Positions 12,601 to 24,800 of a DNA stretch of 64,000 nucleotides are shown here, one piece after another. The position numbers and the translations under genes are program-made. Position 1 is the first letter of the stretch, and the number at the start of each line of letters is the position of its first letter. Below the pieces are notes generated by a model. The model saw only the letters and a program-made list of their open reading frames with translations, was not told where the DNA came from and did no database searches. Source of the DNA: Antechinus flavipes (taxonomy: Eukaryota); contig NC_067398.1 of NCBI RefSeq assembly GCF_016432865.1, positions 652,736,001 to 652,800,000 on the forward strand. Reading direction: 5' to 3'.

Positions 12601-15600
12601 TGGAAACAATGGAAATAAGGCAGACACTTGTACCTCTTTACTGCCAAACCACTCTAGAGATGAGTCTCCACGTAGGATCCAGTAGCTTTCCTTCCACTTC
12701 GGGGAGTTCCCTTGCAAGTGGGTCAGAATCCCCTCATGCATCACGGCCCGGGGAGGCTTCTGAGAATAGAATAGAATCAAAAATGGCATTGCACCAAGTG
12801 ACATCTCTTTAAGAAAAAAAAAATCCAGCACCACACAGAGAGATGCCTTCCATTCTGTTCCCCCACATTCACCAGACTCCCTGGGGCTGCCACAGCTGCA
12901 CACCAGTGACTTTCCAAACACATGGAGGCTATTAGTGTGTGTGTGTTTAAAGACAGCTGAGCTAAGGACAGTGCATCTGCCATCTCTCCAGAGATCTGAG
13001 GCAGAAGCAGCAGTGCATGAAGGTACAGAACTTTCACCTGAAACTTTAAACATCCATTCCCACAACCGAAGGACAGCCCTTTGTGAGGTAATGGTTGATT
13101 TATATGCTTTTGGGGGGAGTACCCTAAAAGGGGAGGGAAGGAGGGTCTTGGTTCTCCCTCCCACCAAGGTGTTAGTTCTCAAAGAACCGCCATTTGGGGT
13201 CTTCCTGAGTCAACCTTTCCATTTGGAGGCAGGGGACTCCCATCACATCATAAGCTACACAAATATCATCTCCAACAACTTGCCCTAATCATGGAAAGAA
13301 AAGAACATTAGTGATACCAGTACTAGGTATCTACCCCAGAAGAGATCAAAGGAAAAGAANNNNNNNNNNNNNNNNNNNNNNNNNNNNNNNNNNNNNNNNN
13401 NNNNNNNNNNNNNNNNNNNNNNNNNNNNNNNNNNNNNNNNNNNNNNNNNNNNNNNNNNNNNNNNNNNNNNNNNNNNNNNNNNNNNNNNNNNNNNNNNNNN
13501 NNNNNNNNNNNNNNNNNNNNNNNNNNNNNNNNNNNNNNNNNNNNNNNNNNNNNNNNNNNNNNNNNNNNNNNNNNNNNNNNNNNNNNNNNNNNNNNCTTTA
13601 CAGTGACAAAGAGTTAAAACCTAACGGGGTGGCTAAAGAAACTATGGTATACTAATGTGTCATAAGATTGAAATATCACTTTCCTAGAAGAAATGATGAA
13701 AATGATAGTTTCAGAGGAAATTGGACAAGAGTGAAATGAGCAGAATAGGAAAACAAATCATATGACAACAACATTATAGAGGAAAATATCTTTGAAAGGC
13801 TTGAGAACATTGAGCCAAAATAATGATAAAGCTGGAGTTCACAGGCCTGAACATGCTGCTTACCTCTTGCCAGAGAAAAATGATGGGTTTAAAATGCAAA
13901 ATGAGACAAGCATAGTCCAGCTAAACAAATCCCCACAATGGCCGTGTCAAAACAAAACACATTTTTGGACACGGCCATTGTGGGAATTTCTTTTGCTGGT
14001 CTATGCTTATTTGTTTGAAGACCTTTTTTCTTTTTTGTGGTTCATCGGGTAGGGAGCAGTGGAAAGATAGATAAGAAATACTTGTAAAAAATGTTTTTAA
14101 GCTAAAAAAAAAAAAGGAATAGAATAAGTACAACTAGACACAAAATAAGAGAGTTCAGCCCAGAAGAGGGCATTCTCTTATCTTCTAAACCTCTACCATT
14201 TGAGGATGGATTTGGAGCTCCCTTACTCAGTGCTCCCTTTTCCTCTCCATGTCAGGAGACTGTGGTGGGGCTCTATGTGATCTACAGTTTCTGTGTGCTT
14301 GAAGAACCCTCGACTCAGAAAAGAGGCCCCTGGCAGAAAACCACACAGCCTGTGGCATTCTCAGGGTCGGTGTCAAAGCTCCCCTGAACCAGCACCTACT
14401 TCACTCTTCAATAGCTGGAAGCCTGGCTCTCCCTGGGGCATCAGTTCTCTTGAGATTTGCCTCAGAAAGGCCGCAGCAAGCTGCCTTCGGTAATGCGGCA
14501 TGAAGTCGTTCAGGAAAGCTTCTGTCCGGCCTGGGAAAGGATAAAAGAACAAGCACAAACACGAGCTGGTCTCCTTTCCCTCCAGCTGATCTCATTTTAT
14601 TCTGCAAGAGGTGGAAGTCCCCTCATAGGTCCCAGAGGCCATGCCCTGGGATCCAGCTTGCTTTTGACGGGTCTGCAAAACACACCTGAAGCGTGATCTT
14701 TAAACATAGTCTGAATTAGGGAAGCTAGTGATGGGCAGAACACCTTCCACCTGGAATCTGGAGGCGTTGGGTGCATGTGAAAGATAATTGTTCCCATGTA
14801 GCCTCCATCCCCAATTGTTTGTGGTCCCACAGAGATCTGAGAGGTTGGATGAAGGTGACTGGAGTTCAGACCTTTCTTCTTAGTATCCTCGAGAAGCACC
14901 ATGAGAGCCAGGCAAAGATGNNNNNNNNNNNNNNNNNNNNNNNNNNNNNNNNNNNNNNNNNNNNNNNNNNNNNNNNNNNNNNNNNNNNNNNNNNNNNNNN
15001 NNNNNNNNNNNNNNNNNNNNNNNNNNNNNNNNNNNNNNNNNNNNNNNNNNNNNNNNNNNNNNNNNNNNNNNNNNNNNNNNNNNNNNNNNNNNNNNNNNNN
15101 NNNNNNNNNNNNNNNNNNNNNNNNNNNNNNNNNNNNNNNNNNNNNNNNNNNNNNNNNNNNNNNNNNNNNNNNNNNNNNNNNNNNNNNNNNNNNNNNNNNN
15201 NNNNNNNNNNNNNNNNNNNNNNNNNNNNNNNNNNNNNNNNNNNNNNNNNNNNNNNNNNNNNNNNNNNNNNNNNNNNNNNNNNNNNNNNNNNNNNNNAATT
15301 CATTTACCTAGCTACTTGGAATCACAAAGTATTTAGGAAAGGAGAGGAAAATCACACACACACACACAAAAAAAAACAATTTTACAAAGAGTAAAGCTGG
15401 AGAAAGGAAGGAAAACAAACATTTATTAAGCATCTACTATGTGTTGAGCACTATGCTAAGCACTTTATAAATATTCTCTCATTTGGCCCTCACAGCATCC
15501 CCATGAGATAAATGCTATTATTATTTCCAATTTACAGTTGAGAAAACTGAAATAGAGATTAAGTGACTTGCCAGGATCATACAACCCGTAAAAATGTGAT

Positions 15601-17176
15601 CCCAGCTTTGAATTTAAACTTTGTGACCCCAGACTCAGCACTATAGCCACTGTACCACCTAGTTTGATTCAAATCTCAACTCCATCACCTATTCACAATT
15701 GGACAAGTCACATCTCTCTGCTTCTGTTTCTTCATCCTCTCCACTGTATGGAATGAAATATAGAAGGAAGTAAGGACTTAGTAAGCTATAAAGCATTTTA
15801 TAAGTGGCAGCCATTATTATTATTTTAATTGATTATTATATTTTATATATATATACATACACACATATATACACACAGCATAACTAGATTTGTCTCTGAG
15901 CTCAGGCTCTGTTGGTTTCTGGGCCATCATTTCCATGCCTAGCTCTCTCTCCATCTTTATATCTCTTCGTTCCAAGAACAGACCACCAGAGACAGCCAAA
16001 GAATCCAAGTGATTAGCAACATACATGTTCATTGTTGGTTGTTCATTCTTGACAGGGTGAGCTGTCTATTTAGGGCCACAAATCCCGGAAAACCAGTGTA
16101 AGCTTTAGGAAAGACCAATTAGCCAGTATCTCTCTAGCAATAGCCCCATACCTACATAATCCAATATACTCAGCTAAATGATTTGTCAAGGATGTAGGCA
16201 GGGAATTTCCAGCATACTTGCTCTACACAATCCAATATTCTCAGCCAAGTGATTTGTCAAAGATATAGGCAAGTAACTTTCTTTTTATGGGTAATTTCAT
16301 CTCCAGCACTTAGCATAATGCCTAGCATATAGTAACTTTTTAATAAATGCTTGTTGACAGACTAAGGGACTGCTAACACCCTTTCAGACTCTGAGATTCT
16401 ACGACTCCCCCCCCCCCAATACCCTTTTCTTCTGCTCAAATGATTCGGTAAAGAATTGTGATTCTCTGTCCTTTTCTTTTTTAATTAAAGCTTTTTATTT
16501 TCAAAATATATACATGGATAATTTTCAACATTCTTATAAAATCCTATGTTCTAAATTTTTCTCTCTCCCTTTCCCCCATCCCCTCCCCTAGATGGCAAAT
16601 AATCCAATATATGTTAAACATGTGCAATTCTTCTACACAAATTTCCACAAACATCATGCTGTACAAGAAAAATCAGATCAAAAAGGGAAAAAATGGATTT
16701 TCTGTCCTTTTCTCCCCCAAAGCTCTAAAACTCTAAAACGCCCTTCCCATCCATGAGCTAGTAGGGACCAGTTCAGACAGAATCCTTTGGTCCACATGTA
16801 CATGGCACATTAACTATAGTCACACCCAGTGTTTGAACTTGAAGGAATTTCTCATGTTGGGGCCAACTCCTTGCAGATAATGGGGCCCAAGGCAGTGTTG
16901 AGTAGCAGCTCTGAGTCACAGTCCAAATGTCAATGGAGGAGAAAGGAAGGGGGGAAAGAGAGGAGGAAAGAGAGATGCAGAAATAACAGAGAGAAAGGAG
17001 AGAGAGAAAAGAGGAGGGAAGGAAAAAGAGGAGAGGGACTAAACATTCACTGATTTGAGAAGGTCAGAGAACTCCAAAAATAACCTGTGACAAGAACTGC
17101 AAACTTCTCCCCTGTCCTTACCTCTCAGGTACTGGCGCCGTCTCTCCCCCAGGTGGCTTGAGCTCTGGGCCCCCAT
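634..17176 (-). CDS. NIBAN3: Niban-like protein 3 (FAM129C/BCNP1), coding exons 1-12; 3' end lies left of the window
   Basis: Exons (plus coords, all GT-AG, phases consistent, 1536 nt): 17122-17176 (MGAQSSSHLGERRRQYLR, MGxxxS myristoylation-type start), 14400-14530, 12634-12759 (KPPRAVMHEG...LEWFGSKE, PH domain), 8848-8944, 8364-8531 (FPIYLCHPFRQPLC), 7005-7120, 6778-6882, 5639-5801 (LEKKIRPDADQ), 5153-5343, 1803-1961, 1490-1606 (LEKVKGRVLK), 634-741 (KFESDCRFAQKRF). Peptides match human NIBAN3 from memory, and the position next to PGLS matches human synteny. Confidence 0.93.
893..1075 (-). mobile_element. Core-SINE (Mar/MIR)
   Basis: ttttatagatgaggaaactgagac...gggttaagtgacttggctagggtcaca. 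Confidence 0.7.
2212..2404. other. Assembly gap (N)
   Basis: Run of N in NIBAN3 intron 9. Confidence 0.99.
2405..2590 (+). mobile_element. L1 3'-end fragment abutting an assembly gap
   Basis: gcctgctgtcttggggagggggg...gattgaaaactatctttacatgtaattggggaaaaa. Confidence 0.65.
2698..2895 (+). mobile_element. Marsupial core-SINE (Mar1/MIR-type)
   Basis: gagttcaaatctagccccagacacttactagctgtgagaccctgggcaagtcacttaa...cctcatctgtaaaa...gctggag..ggaaatggca.accac. Confidence 0.75.
4095..5115 (+). mobile_element. Old L1 fragments (ORF2 end / 3' UTR, at least two pieces)
   Basis: A-rich sequence with L1 motifs gatatgaacaggccattctc, tgtccatcaattgggga, ttgttttgtttgactatg. Confidence 0.7.
5866..6160. other. 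Assembly gap (N)
   Basis: Run of N in NIBAN3 intron 7. Confidence 0.99.
7375..7680 (+). mobile_element. L3/CR1 3' fragment
   Basis: ggaatgtttaacctggagaagagaagactg...attagacttgttctgtttgaccccagagg...aagaaaaactttctaac. Confidence 0.7.
8197..8330. repeat. Left arm of an inverted repeat (partner 10211-10333)
   Basis: The reverse complement of 10211-10333 aligns over 123 nt with 5 substitutions and one 11-nt indel. Confidence 0.95.
10211..10333. repeat. Right arm of an inverted repeat (partner 8197-8330)
   Basis: See left arm; begins inside the palindrome 10203-10225. Confidence 0.95.
11683..11873. mobile_element. hAT-Charlie non-autonomous MITE, OC1 (OposCharlie1)-like, 191 bp
   Basis: Imperfect TIRs: 5' CAGGGCCCTCTAACT versus reverse complement of the 3' end CAGGGGTCCTCAAACT. 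The internal GGCCCGCAGGCC motif is typical of Charlie-family MITEs. Degenerate 8-bp TSD aactgtat/aattgttg (5/8). Confidence 0.8.
13360..13595. other. Assembly gap (N)
   Basis: Run of N inside an L1 fragment, NIBAN3 intron 2. Confidence 0.99.
13908..14008. repeat. Hairpin-forming inverted repeat, 41-nt arms, 19-nt spacer
   Basis: 13908-13948 vs 13968-14008: 37/41 complementary, with a 17-bp perfect inner stem. Confidence 0.95.
14921..15296. other. Assembly gap (N)
   Basis: Run of N in NIBAN3 intron 1. Confidence 0.99.
15413..15662 (-). mobile_element. MIR-type SINE
   Basis: atttattaagcatctactatgtg...tttacagttgagaaaactga...gttaagtgacttgcc-like core. Confidence 0.7.
16480..16700 (-). mobile_element. 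L1 3'-end fragment
   Basis: tttttattttcaaaatatatacatggataattttcaacatt...ccctagatggcaaataatccaatatatgttaaacatgtgcaatt; same family as the 33625 and 49905 copies. Confidence 0.75.
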
Positions 17177-19189
17177 TTCTCTTTTTCCACAAAGGTCCTG
17201 CTGGAAGGTTGGTGAGAACAGAATAGCTGCTCGGGGAATCCCACTCAGCCCTGAGGGCACCTCCTGATTGGCAGCTCAGAGAAATTAAATGTGTAGGGAA
17301 TTTCTCTGGGATTGAACAGCTCGAAATCAGTTCTAGCAATCTCTTATTAATGTGCTGTGACTCTAAGCCACCAGATCCTGATAGACCACCCTAGCAGAGC
17401 CAACTCTGCAACAAGAAAGACTTGCAGGGGAGCTGAACCCCTCCTTGATGGCACTAAAAAAACTGGTCCAGTCCACGAGAGAAGTGAACCTTGTGTTGTG
17501 GGTGGGGGGACTCCAAAAATTATTAATTCTCCAGAGACACGTCGGAGAGAAACGTTTAAGTAGGGGGGGCACCGGCTCTCACCAGGGGATGCTCTGGCCA
17601 CACCTGCCAACCACAGGAGACTGAGAGCACCCATTTGCTTAGAAAAAGAATTTGTGATAAAGGTTGCATTTTCTTTTGGCTTCTCAGTCTCCTTCCTAAC
17701 CCTCTTCTCTGGCTCTGTGGCTGTCTCCACTTGCCTATGGAAGCTGCAATGTCCATGAGTGACCAGAGAGAAGGGAACGTGTGATGGATGAAAGGGCAAT
17801 TTTTATTTTAAACTTAGTGAAACCGAAGCATGTTTTGGTCTCATCAGCTCCGGGGAAATGCCTCCAGCCCCACCCTGCACCTGTTTTCTGTTCTCTGTTT
17901 CAGTTAGAGATTTTCCAAGGCCAAGGTTATCTCCTCCAGCGTAGCGATCTTCCACAGGTGCACAGATGGTTGTGACCACGTGTCTATCTCGGTGGGGCCA
18001 AATGACCAGCCCATCATCAGGTGGCCTGTTGGTGAGGGGCAAAGGCCCTTGAGAGATGGGGAGAGACCAATCCAAAGCATAGGACCCATGTAATCACGGC
18101 TACAGACAAAAGACCAGGTTGTGTGTGTATATGTGTTGCCCCTGAATTAGGAAGAGGCAAAAGGAAGTGAGAGGGGAAAAGATGTGAGAAAGTAGAAACA
18201 AAAGTATCAGAATAGGAGACCAGTGAGTTGTCACTGGCTCCAGTCCACACTCAAGGGGCAAACCTGGACCCAAGCAGGGACCGAAGCTGAAACACTTCCC
18301 TTGGTATGAGTGTGCCCAGGAAAGTGAGAAGAACTCAAACGGTATTATCATGTCCACCAGCTCAGTCTTTCAAAGAACGCTGGGAATCTGTCAATGGGGC
18401 ACAAACAAACACAGCTCTGAGAACTCCAGCAGGACCAAACAGCTTAGGATGGCTCAGGGGGCTCTGGGCTTACTGCCTAACCCACCAGGACAGTACCCCT
18501 TCTGTTTGGTGACCTGCCCTGACCCCTAAAACTGTGTCTATGACCCACCCCATCTCTTGTCATGTTTTGTGACCCTCCCAGAATGACCTCCCTCTCCCCC
18601 CTCCATGTGATGATAACCAGGACAATGTCCCTTCTGTTTTGTAACTCCCCTCCTCCCTATCTCTCTCCAAGCCTTGGATCTGGATGGGTGTTCCAGCACT
18701 GACCAAAGTTATGTTATCCTTCCATTCTCCATGATGCTCTTCTGGGTCCATCTTCTTCATCACAGTGGCAAGGGACAGTACTCTTGGGCCTCTTTTCCCT
18801 CTCAGTCCCTCACTCTACAACCCTGTTCCTGGCCAAGTTTTGCCTACATAATTATCAATCAAATCCTCCCCTTTTATATGTGCTCTTTTGGCCAGTCTTG
18901 GTTTGGGCTCTGGTAATCTTTTACCTAGTTAATCATAGAGAACCAGAAGCAATCTCAGAGATCATTTAGTTCAGGATTTCTCACCTTGGGGTCTAGCAAG
19001 AGAAAAAAATTACTTCTTTATTTTCATTAACCTCTGGCTTCCTTTGTAATTTACATTTTATTTTATGCACTTAACAAACATTATTCTAAGCTTCATTAAA
19101 AATGTCAAAGGTGTCCATGATATTAAAAAAAAAAACAACTTAAGAAAATCTGGTCTATATCTCACACTCTATACCAAGGTAAGGCCCAA

Positions 19190-20470
19190 ATGAGTACATG
19201 ATTTGGACATAAAGGGTAAATATCATAAACAAAGTGGAGGAGCATGGAATATTTTATCTGCCAGATTTAGGGATAAGGGAAGAATTTATAACCAAAAAAG
19301 AGATAGAGTATTATGGGATGTAAAATGGATAACTGAAAATTTTTGCACATACAAAACCATTACAGGCAAGATTAGAAAGAAAGCAAGAAACTGGGGGGAA
19401 TTTTATAGCAAGTCTCTGATAAAGCACTTATTTTTCAAATACAGGGAACTGAATCAAAGTTTTTAAAATGTGAGTCATTCTCCAATTGACAAAATGATGA
19501 AAGATGTGAACAAGGTAATTTTCAGAAAAAAAAAATCAAAACTATCTAGAGGCATTAGAAAAATGCAAATTAAAATAATTCTGAGGTACTACTTCATACC
19601 CATTAGATTGGTTAATAGGTTAGAGGAGGGGAAATGACAAATATTGGAGGGAAGGTGAGAAAAATAAGACATTAATGCATTGTTGGCGGAACACCAATGT
19701 TCAGCCATTCTGTAGTTTGGAACAATGACCAAAAGGCTACAAAACTATGCAAATTCTTTGATTTAACAATACCACCACAAGGTATGTATGCAAAAGAGAT
19801 TTTTTTTTTTAAAGGAAGAGGACCTATGTATGTGTGCAAAAATATGTATAACAGCTCTCTTCAGAGGGCAAAGTATTAGAAATTGAGGGGATGCCCATCA
19901 ATTGAGAAATGGCTGAAATTGTATGTGATTATGATGGAATATTGTTGTTCTATGGGGGAAATAATGAGCAGAATGCTCTCAGAAAAACCCGGAAGTCCTC
20001 CATGAGCTCATGCAAAATGAAATGTACTGAGTCCAAAGTAATAGGAATATTGTGGGATGATCAGCTGTGAATGACTTTGCTATGAGCTCATGCAAAATGA
20101 AATGTACTGAGTACAAAGTAATAGCAATGCTGTGGGATGATCAGCTGTGAATGACTTTGCTATTCTCAGTAATACAGTGACCCAAGACTATTCTGACAGA
20201 CTTGTGAGAAAAAAATGCTATCCATACCCAAAGAAAGAACTATTGTATCTAAATAGATTGAAACAGTTTTCAAAAAAATTATTATTTCTGAGGATTTTTT
20301 TTTGGGGGGGGACATATATATTTTCTTCTCAACATGATTTTATGGAAATGTTTTATATAACTTCACATGTGTCTTCTCTATGGGGGATGAAGAGGGAGGG
20401 AGAAAATCTGGAACTTAAGTTTTTAAAACATTAAAACTGTTTTACATGTAACTGGGAAATATAAAAGAGC
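19190..20470 (+). mobile_element. L1 3' fragment with an internal 80-bp tandem duplication
   Basis: Degenerate ORF2 end (...tgcccatcaattgagaaatggctg...) and marsupial L1 3' UTR; duplication 20002-20081/20082-20161. Confidence 0.82.
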
Positions 20471-21646
20471 AAATAAGAAAATACTGTATTGGGTGTCATC
20501 AGGAAATAGAACTTCTAATCTCATTTGGCTAATTACTAAATATATGATTCTAAGCAAGGCACTTAACTTTTGAGTTTGTTTTTTTCATCTATAAAATGGT
20601 GACATTCATCTTATGGAGTAAATTGTAAGGATCAAATGAGTAAAGTGTTTTAAAAAAAAAAAAAAAAACAACAATCCTAAAATACCACCTATCTTGGACA
20701 TAGTGTGAGGGATAGCTAGGAGGAAAGAGTCAGAAATGATTCCAAGTTTAAGAGCATTTTTTTCCAAATTAGCAAAGTGTTGAGCAGAGGAGAGGACAAA
20801 GGGGAGGTCAGTCTAGAGCACTGAAAATTTCCTGGATTACTCTAATAGCATCTTAACTAGTGTCCCCACTGACAGTTTCTCGACTTCATCCTTCACAAGC
20901 TATTAAAATAATCTTCCTAATGCTCTGACCACGCCACTTCCCTGATGAAAGACTTGCAATAGCACTCTATTGCCTTTAGCATCAAATACAAACTTCTTAT
21001 CCCAGCATTCCAAGCTTTCCAAACTCAGGCTCCAATTTAACTTCCTCATCTCATTTCACTCTGGTTCTCTCTATGCACTCTCTGTTTCAGCCAAACTGAA
21101 CAACTAAATTCCCAATCCTACCTGTCCTCTCAGTGCTACATATGCCCCTCATCTCTCCCCATTCACAGCTTCCTTCAAGGCCTAGCTGAGCTACTGCTTT
21201 TTTCTTGAGACTTCCCTCCTCCTTCCCAACAGCCAAGAGCCTCATGTTTTTTTTCCTTCTCTCCTGTCTGAATGTCTTTCCTTTTCCTCCATCCTCTTCC
21301 TTACATCAATAAGTATTTACTTCCCTTTATTGGATGGGGGAGGGGAGCTCAGTGAAGGCCAGAACTATATGGTTTTTCATATTTGTATTTCACTCTCTTT
21401 TAAAATAAGTGACTCAAGAAGCACCTATTAGGGTTTGTCCACGTGATCCTAAGAACCCATCCCAGTGTGGCACAGTGCCCAGGTATCACCTGATGGAATA
21501 GCACCTCGAGGACCTTCTGGTGGCTAAGTAGCACCCACTGGCTGGCCAGGGCAGTAACCTCCCCCCACCAAAGCCCTTAATTTCCCCCAATCCTTGTCAT
21601 AGGTAGTCAAGAGTCTCAGAGACAGTTATGGGGCTTAAATTCACAT

Positions 21647-21652
21647 TTTAAT
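21647..21652 (-). terminator. Candidate PGLS polyadenylation signal (ATTAAA)
   Basis: Plus TTTAAT ~185 nt after the stop codon. Confidence 0.5.
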
Positions 21653-21834
21653 ATTGGTGGTCACACAAGAGAGACCATACAGAGTTCATGAGCCTGTTCT
21701 CAGGCTCACTTACTCCCTCCCCAGGAGAGAGTTCTGCTGCCCCATACCCGCTGGTCTTTGTAAAAATATCAGGACAAAGAGAAGGAAGCATGTGCAGAGG
21801 TCAACTCTGGGTCGGGCCCATCTGGGCCCATCTG

Positions 21835-24800
21835 CTACAAAATGGAATGCTTCTCAAATGGAATGGTCAACTCTTTTGCGGCGGCCTCATCCAGGAACCA
21901 GCAGAGCCGCCCGGTGTGGGGCTGCACAAGCGCAGCAGGAAGTGGATTCTCTTCGTCACCTTCCAGGATGCGCTGTTTCCCCATCCCAAGAAAAAGCTCA
22001 TGAGGCCTAAGCCCATCCCCAACTCCCATTCATTTCCCAGGAGAGGGAACCACGAGGGCACCCCAGGGTCCTTCCCCCAACCTGGATCACTCAGACATGG
22101 GAGATCCTAGGACATTGCCATACCAGAGTAAGAGGAACTTACTCTGAACAGCGCGTCTGTTCTCATCCTTCTAGGGACATCCCACCTACAGGTGTGCTCC
22201 CAACTCCCTCTCCTCATTACTATCGCAGAAACAAACTGTGACTGTTACCTTCAAAACAGCTGCTTTGCTTTCTCCAGTAGCCACAAACACAACCATTCGT
22301 GCTGCGTTCAGTACAGGCAGAGTGAGGGTCACCCTTTCAGGGGGTGGCTTTGGAGAGTCACTGATGGGGGCCACAATCTTTTCCTTTTCCTAGGGAAAAC
22401 GAGTCCAAATAGCCAGAAGAAAGCAGATGGTACCAGAGGAAATAATCCACAGACCTCAAACAAACTCTGAGTTTGGAAAGCTCCCAACCCAAGCACGCCC
22501 AGAGCCTGTAAAGGGGCTGATCAGCTCCAACCTCATCTTGGTGCCCCGGGCATCCTGGAGGTCACTGCCCAGCCCTAGGCGTAGCTCAGTAGATAAGCCC
22601 AGATGAGTCCAAGTACCAAAGCTGGCTTACCTGCAGGAGGGGGTGATCAGGGAAAAGGGAACACGTGTGCCCATCAGGTCCGATGCCCAAAATCAGGAGG
22701 TCAAAAACTGGGATCGTGTCACCCTGAAAAGCCTAAGGGAGAGAAACAAAGGGTCAGCCCCACTCCAGTTAGATGCCCAGCCAGCTCTGCCAAGTGAGAG
22801 AGTCTGATTCAAGGCCTGTGGTGCCCCAGGAGCAGAGAGTGTGGAAAGATAAGGGGCTGAGGCGCTTCTGAGCTTCCTGAATAGGATTTTCTCTGAGGGG
22901 CCCAAGAGCATATCTCAGACCTCGCACGTGAGACTTATAATCCTGCAGCCTGGGACCTGTGCAGTAATGACGCCTGTTTTACAGGGGAGGAAACCCTCAA
23001 ATGGGGCAAAAGAACTTGTTGTGGAGCTAAGACCCAACAGGGGCAATATACGAATTCCTCAGCACCAGAGCCCACCATCCAACCCACTGACATATCTAGC
23101 CTTTGAGGGCCAGGTCAAGAAGAGAGGATGTGGAGCCCAGGCAGGCTGTGCTGCTGCCTCACAACCAGGGCTGTGGGCAACCTGGTCACCTTAGTCTTTA
23201 TCAAAGAAGCAGCTGTCAGTTTTATTTATCAGTTCCTTTCCCCAGTTTATTTATTTCAATTGTTTAGATTATTCCCTCCTTTATGTATCTTTTTGGGGTT
23301 TAAGTTGTTTATTCTCTAGTTTTTTTTAACTGCATACTCAGCTCATTGATTTCCTTCTATTTTGTTAAAGCATATTTTTTATACATTTAATTTTTTTCTC
23401 TAGATCTACTTTAGCTACAATCCCCAAATTTTCTTATCAATTTCATTTTCTTTCACATGATTATGATGATGATTTGATTTTAACCCAAATATTCTTCAGA
23501 ATATCATTGTTAAATCTTAATTCCAATGGAAGGTCTTTTTCCTGGCTACCTTTAAAAATTACTGTTTGGCATAAAAACTATGAAATTAACTACTATATTT
23601 TTCAAAGTTTTAAAAAGGGGGGATTTCTCTTGAGGTAATCTATGGATTTAACCAAACTGTATTTAATTTGGCTATTCAAAAGTTCTGGGCTTTTTTCCTG
23701 AAGTGTGGTATTCTAGGTTTTTAATATATCTCTTAGGAAAGATGTGATTTTTAAGTTACCTCTGTACTTTTAAGTACTCAGTACTTGTGCCCCTATTTTT
23801 TTAAGTTTCAATATAAACTCCTGGAAAACAGGGACTGTTTCCCAGCATCCAACACAAAGCAAGAATTAACAGAGGCTTGCTTATTACAGGTTTGTTGGTT
23901 TGACTTTATGTGTACTTTTAGCTTTTATTTCTCTTTTGCCAACGTTTCTTCTACTTCTGCTTTTTAAAAAAATTCCAAATCTGTATTTTCCCATTTGAGA
24001 ACTTTTATTCTTTTAAGAGAGAGTCACCACCACCATATTTCCTATGGAGCAATACCTTACTGGGGAAAAGGGCCAAGATCCAATCTGGATCTGAGTAAAA
24101 CTAAACTAAAAATCAAAAACAAAAATAAAAATCAGTTCAGATAAGTCCCAGAGTTTCTCTGAAGTGCCTAAATCCAAAGAATTAGAATGAAAGCAGGAAG
24201 TAGGTTGCAAGAATCTCTGGAGAGTTGTTCTAGGGAAATTTGTACAGGGAGTGCCAGGGAGGCAACTGGTTGGTTCAACTTGTTTCCTCAAATCCCTGAA
24301 GTACAAGTTTACAAAATTATGTGCACAGGTTAGGCTTATACAGACTTCCAATACTGAGTAAGATCTCCAGTACATCAATTGTCTAATGTCTAGTATCATG
24401 ATAATTATAAGATGGTTTTTTTCTTATCATTTTGTGAATTCTATACTAATTATTCCAGATTTGGCTCATTACTTTATTTCTTTTGACATCTCTTGGCCAG
24501 GATCTTGTTCATTACCTGCCTCACTACTACTGAATTTCAGACTGTAAACAATCATTTTCCCATTCGTACCCATGTCCCCAAGCAGAGTCCTCTGGGGAAA
24601 GGAAGCCCAAGAGAAGTAACAAGAAGGGTACAAGGGCCTTTCCTGGGCTCCCTACTACTCACTTCTTGAAGTTTCTCTGCGTAGTCTGAGGCAGCCTCTT
24701 CCACTGGGAGTGCAGGGTTAATGGTGATTACCTGGCTCTCTGGGATAGGCAGTTTGGAAAGAAGATGAGTCTACATCAGATAAAGAAAAAAATTCAGCTT

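Larger units (their letters stand above)
13300..14110 (+). mobile_element. L1 3' fragment interrupted by an assembly gap, carrying an internal inverted duplication
   Basis: tactaggtatctaccccagaagagatcaaagg (ORF2 LGIYPKEIK-like) before the gap; L1 3' UTR motifs and A-tail ending ~14110. Confidence 0.78.

Noticed and set aside
2405-15301. Two gaps are immediately followed by GAATTC/AATTC (2405 and 15297)
   Set aside because: Likely a library or assembly artefact, or chance; not biological.
2065-15394. ORFs containing long X runs
   Set aside because: Artefacts of translating through N gaps.
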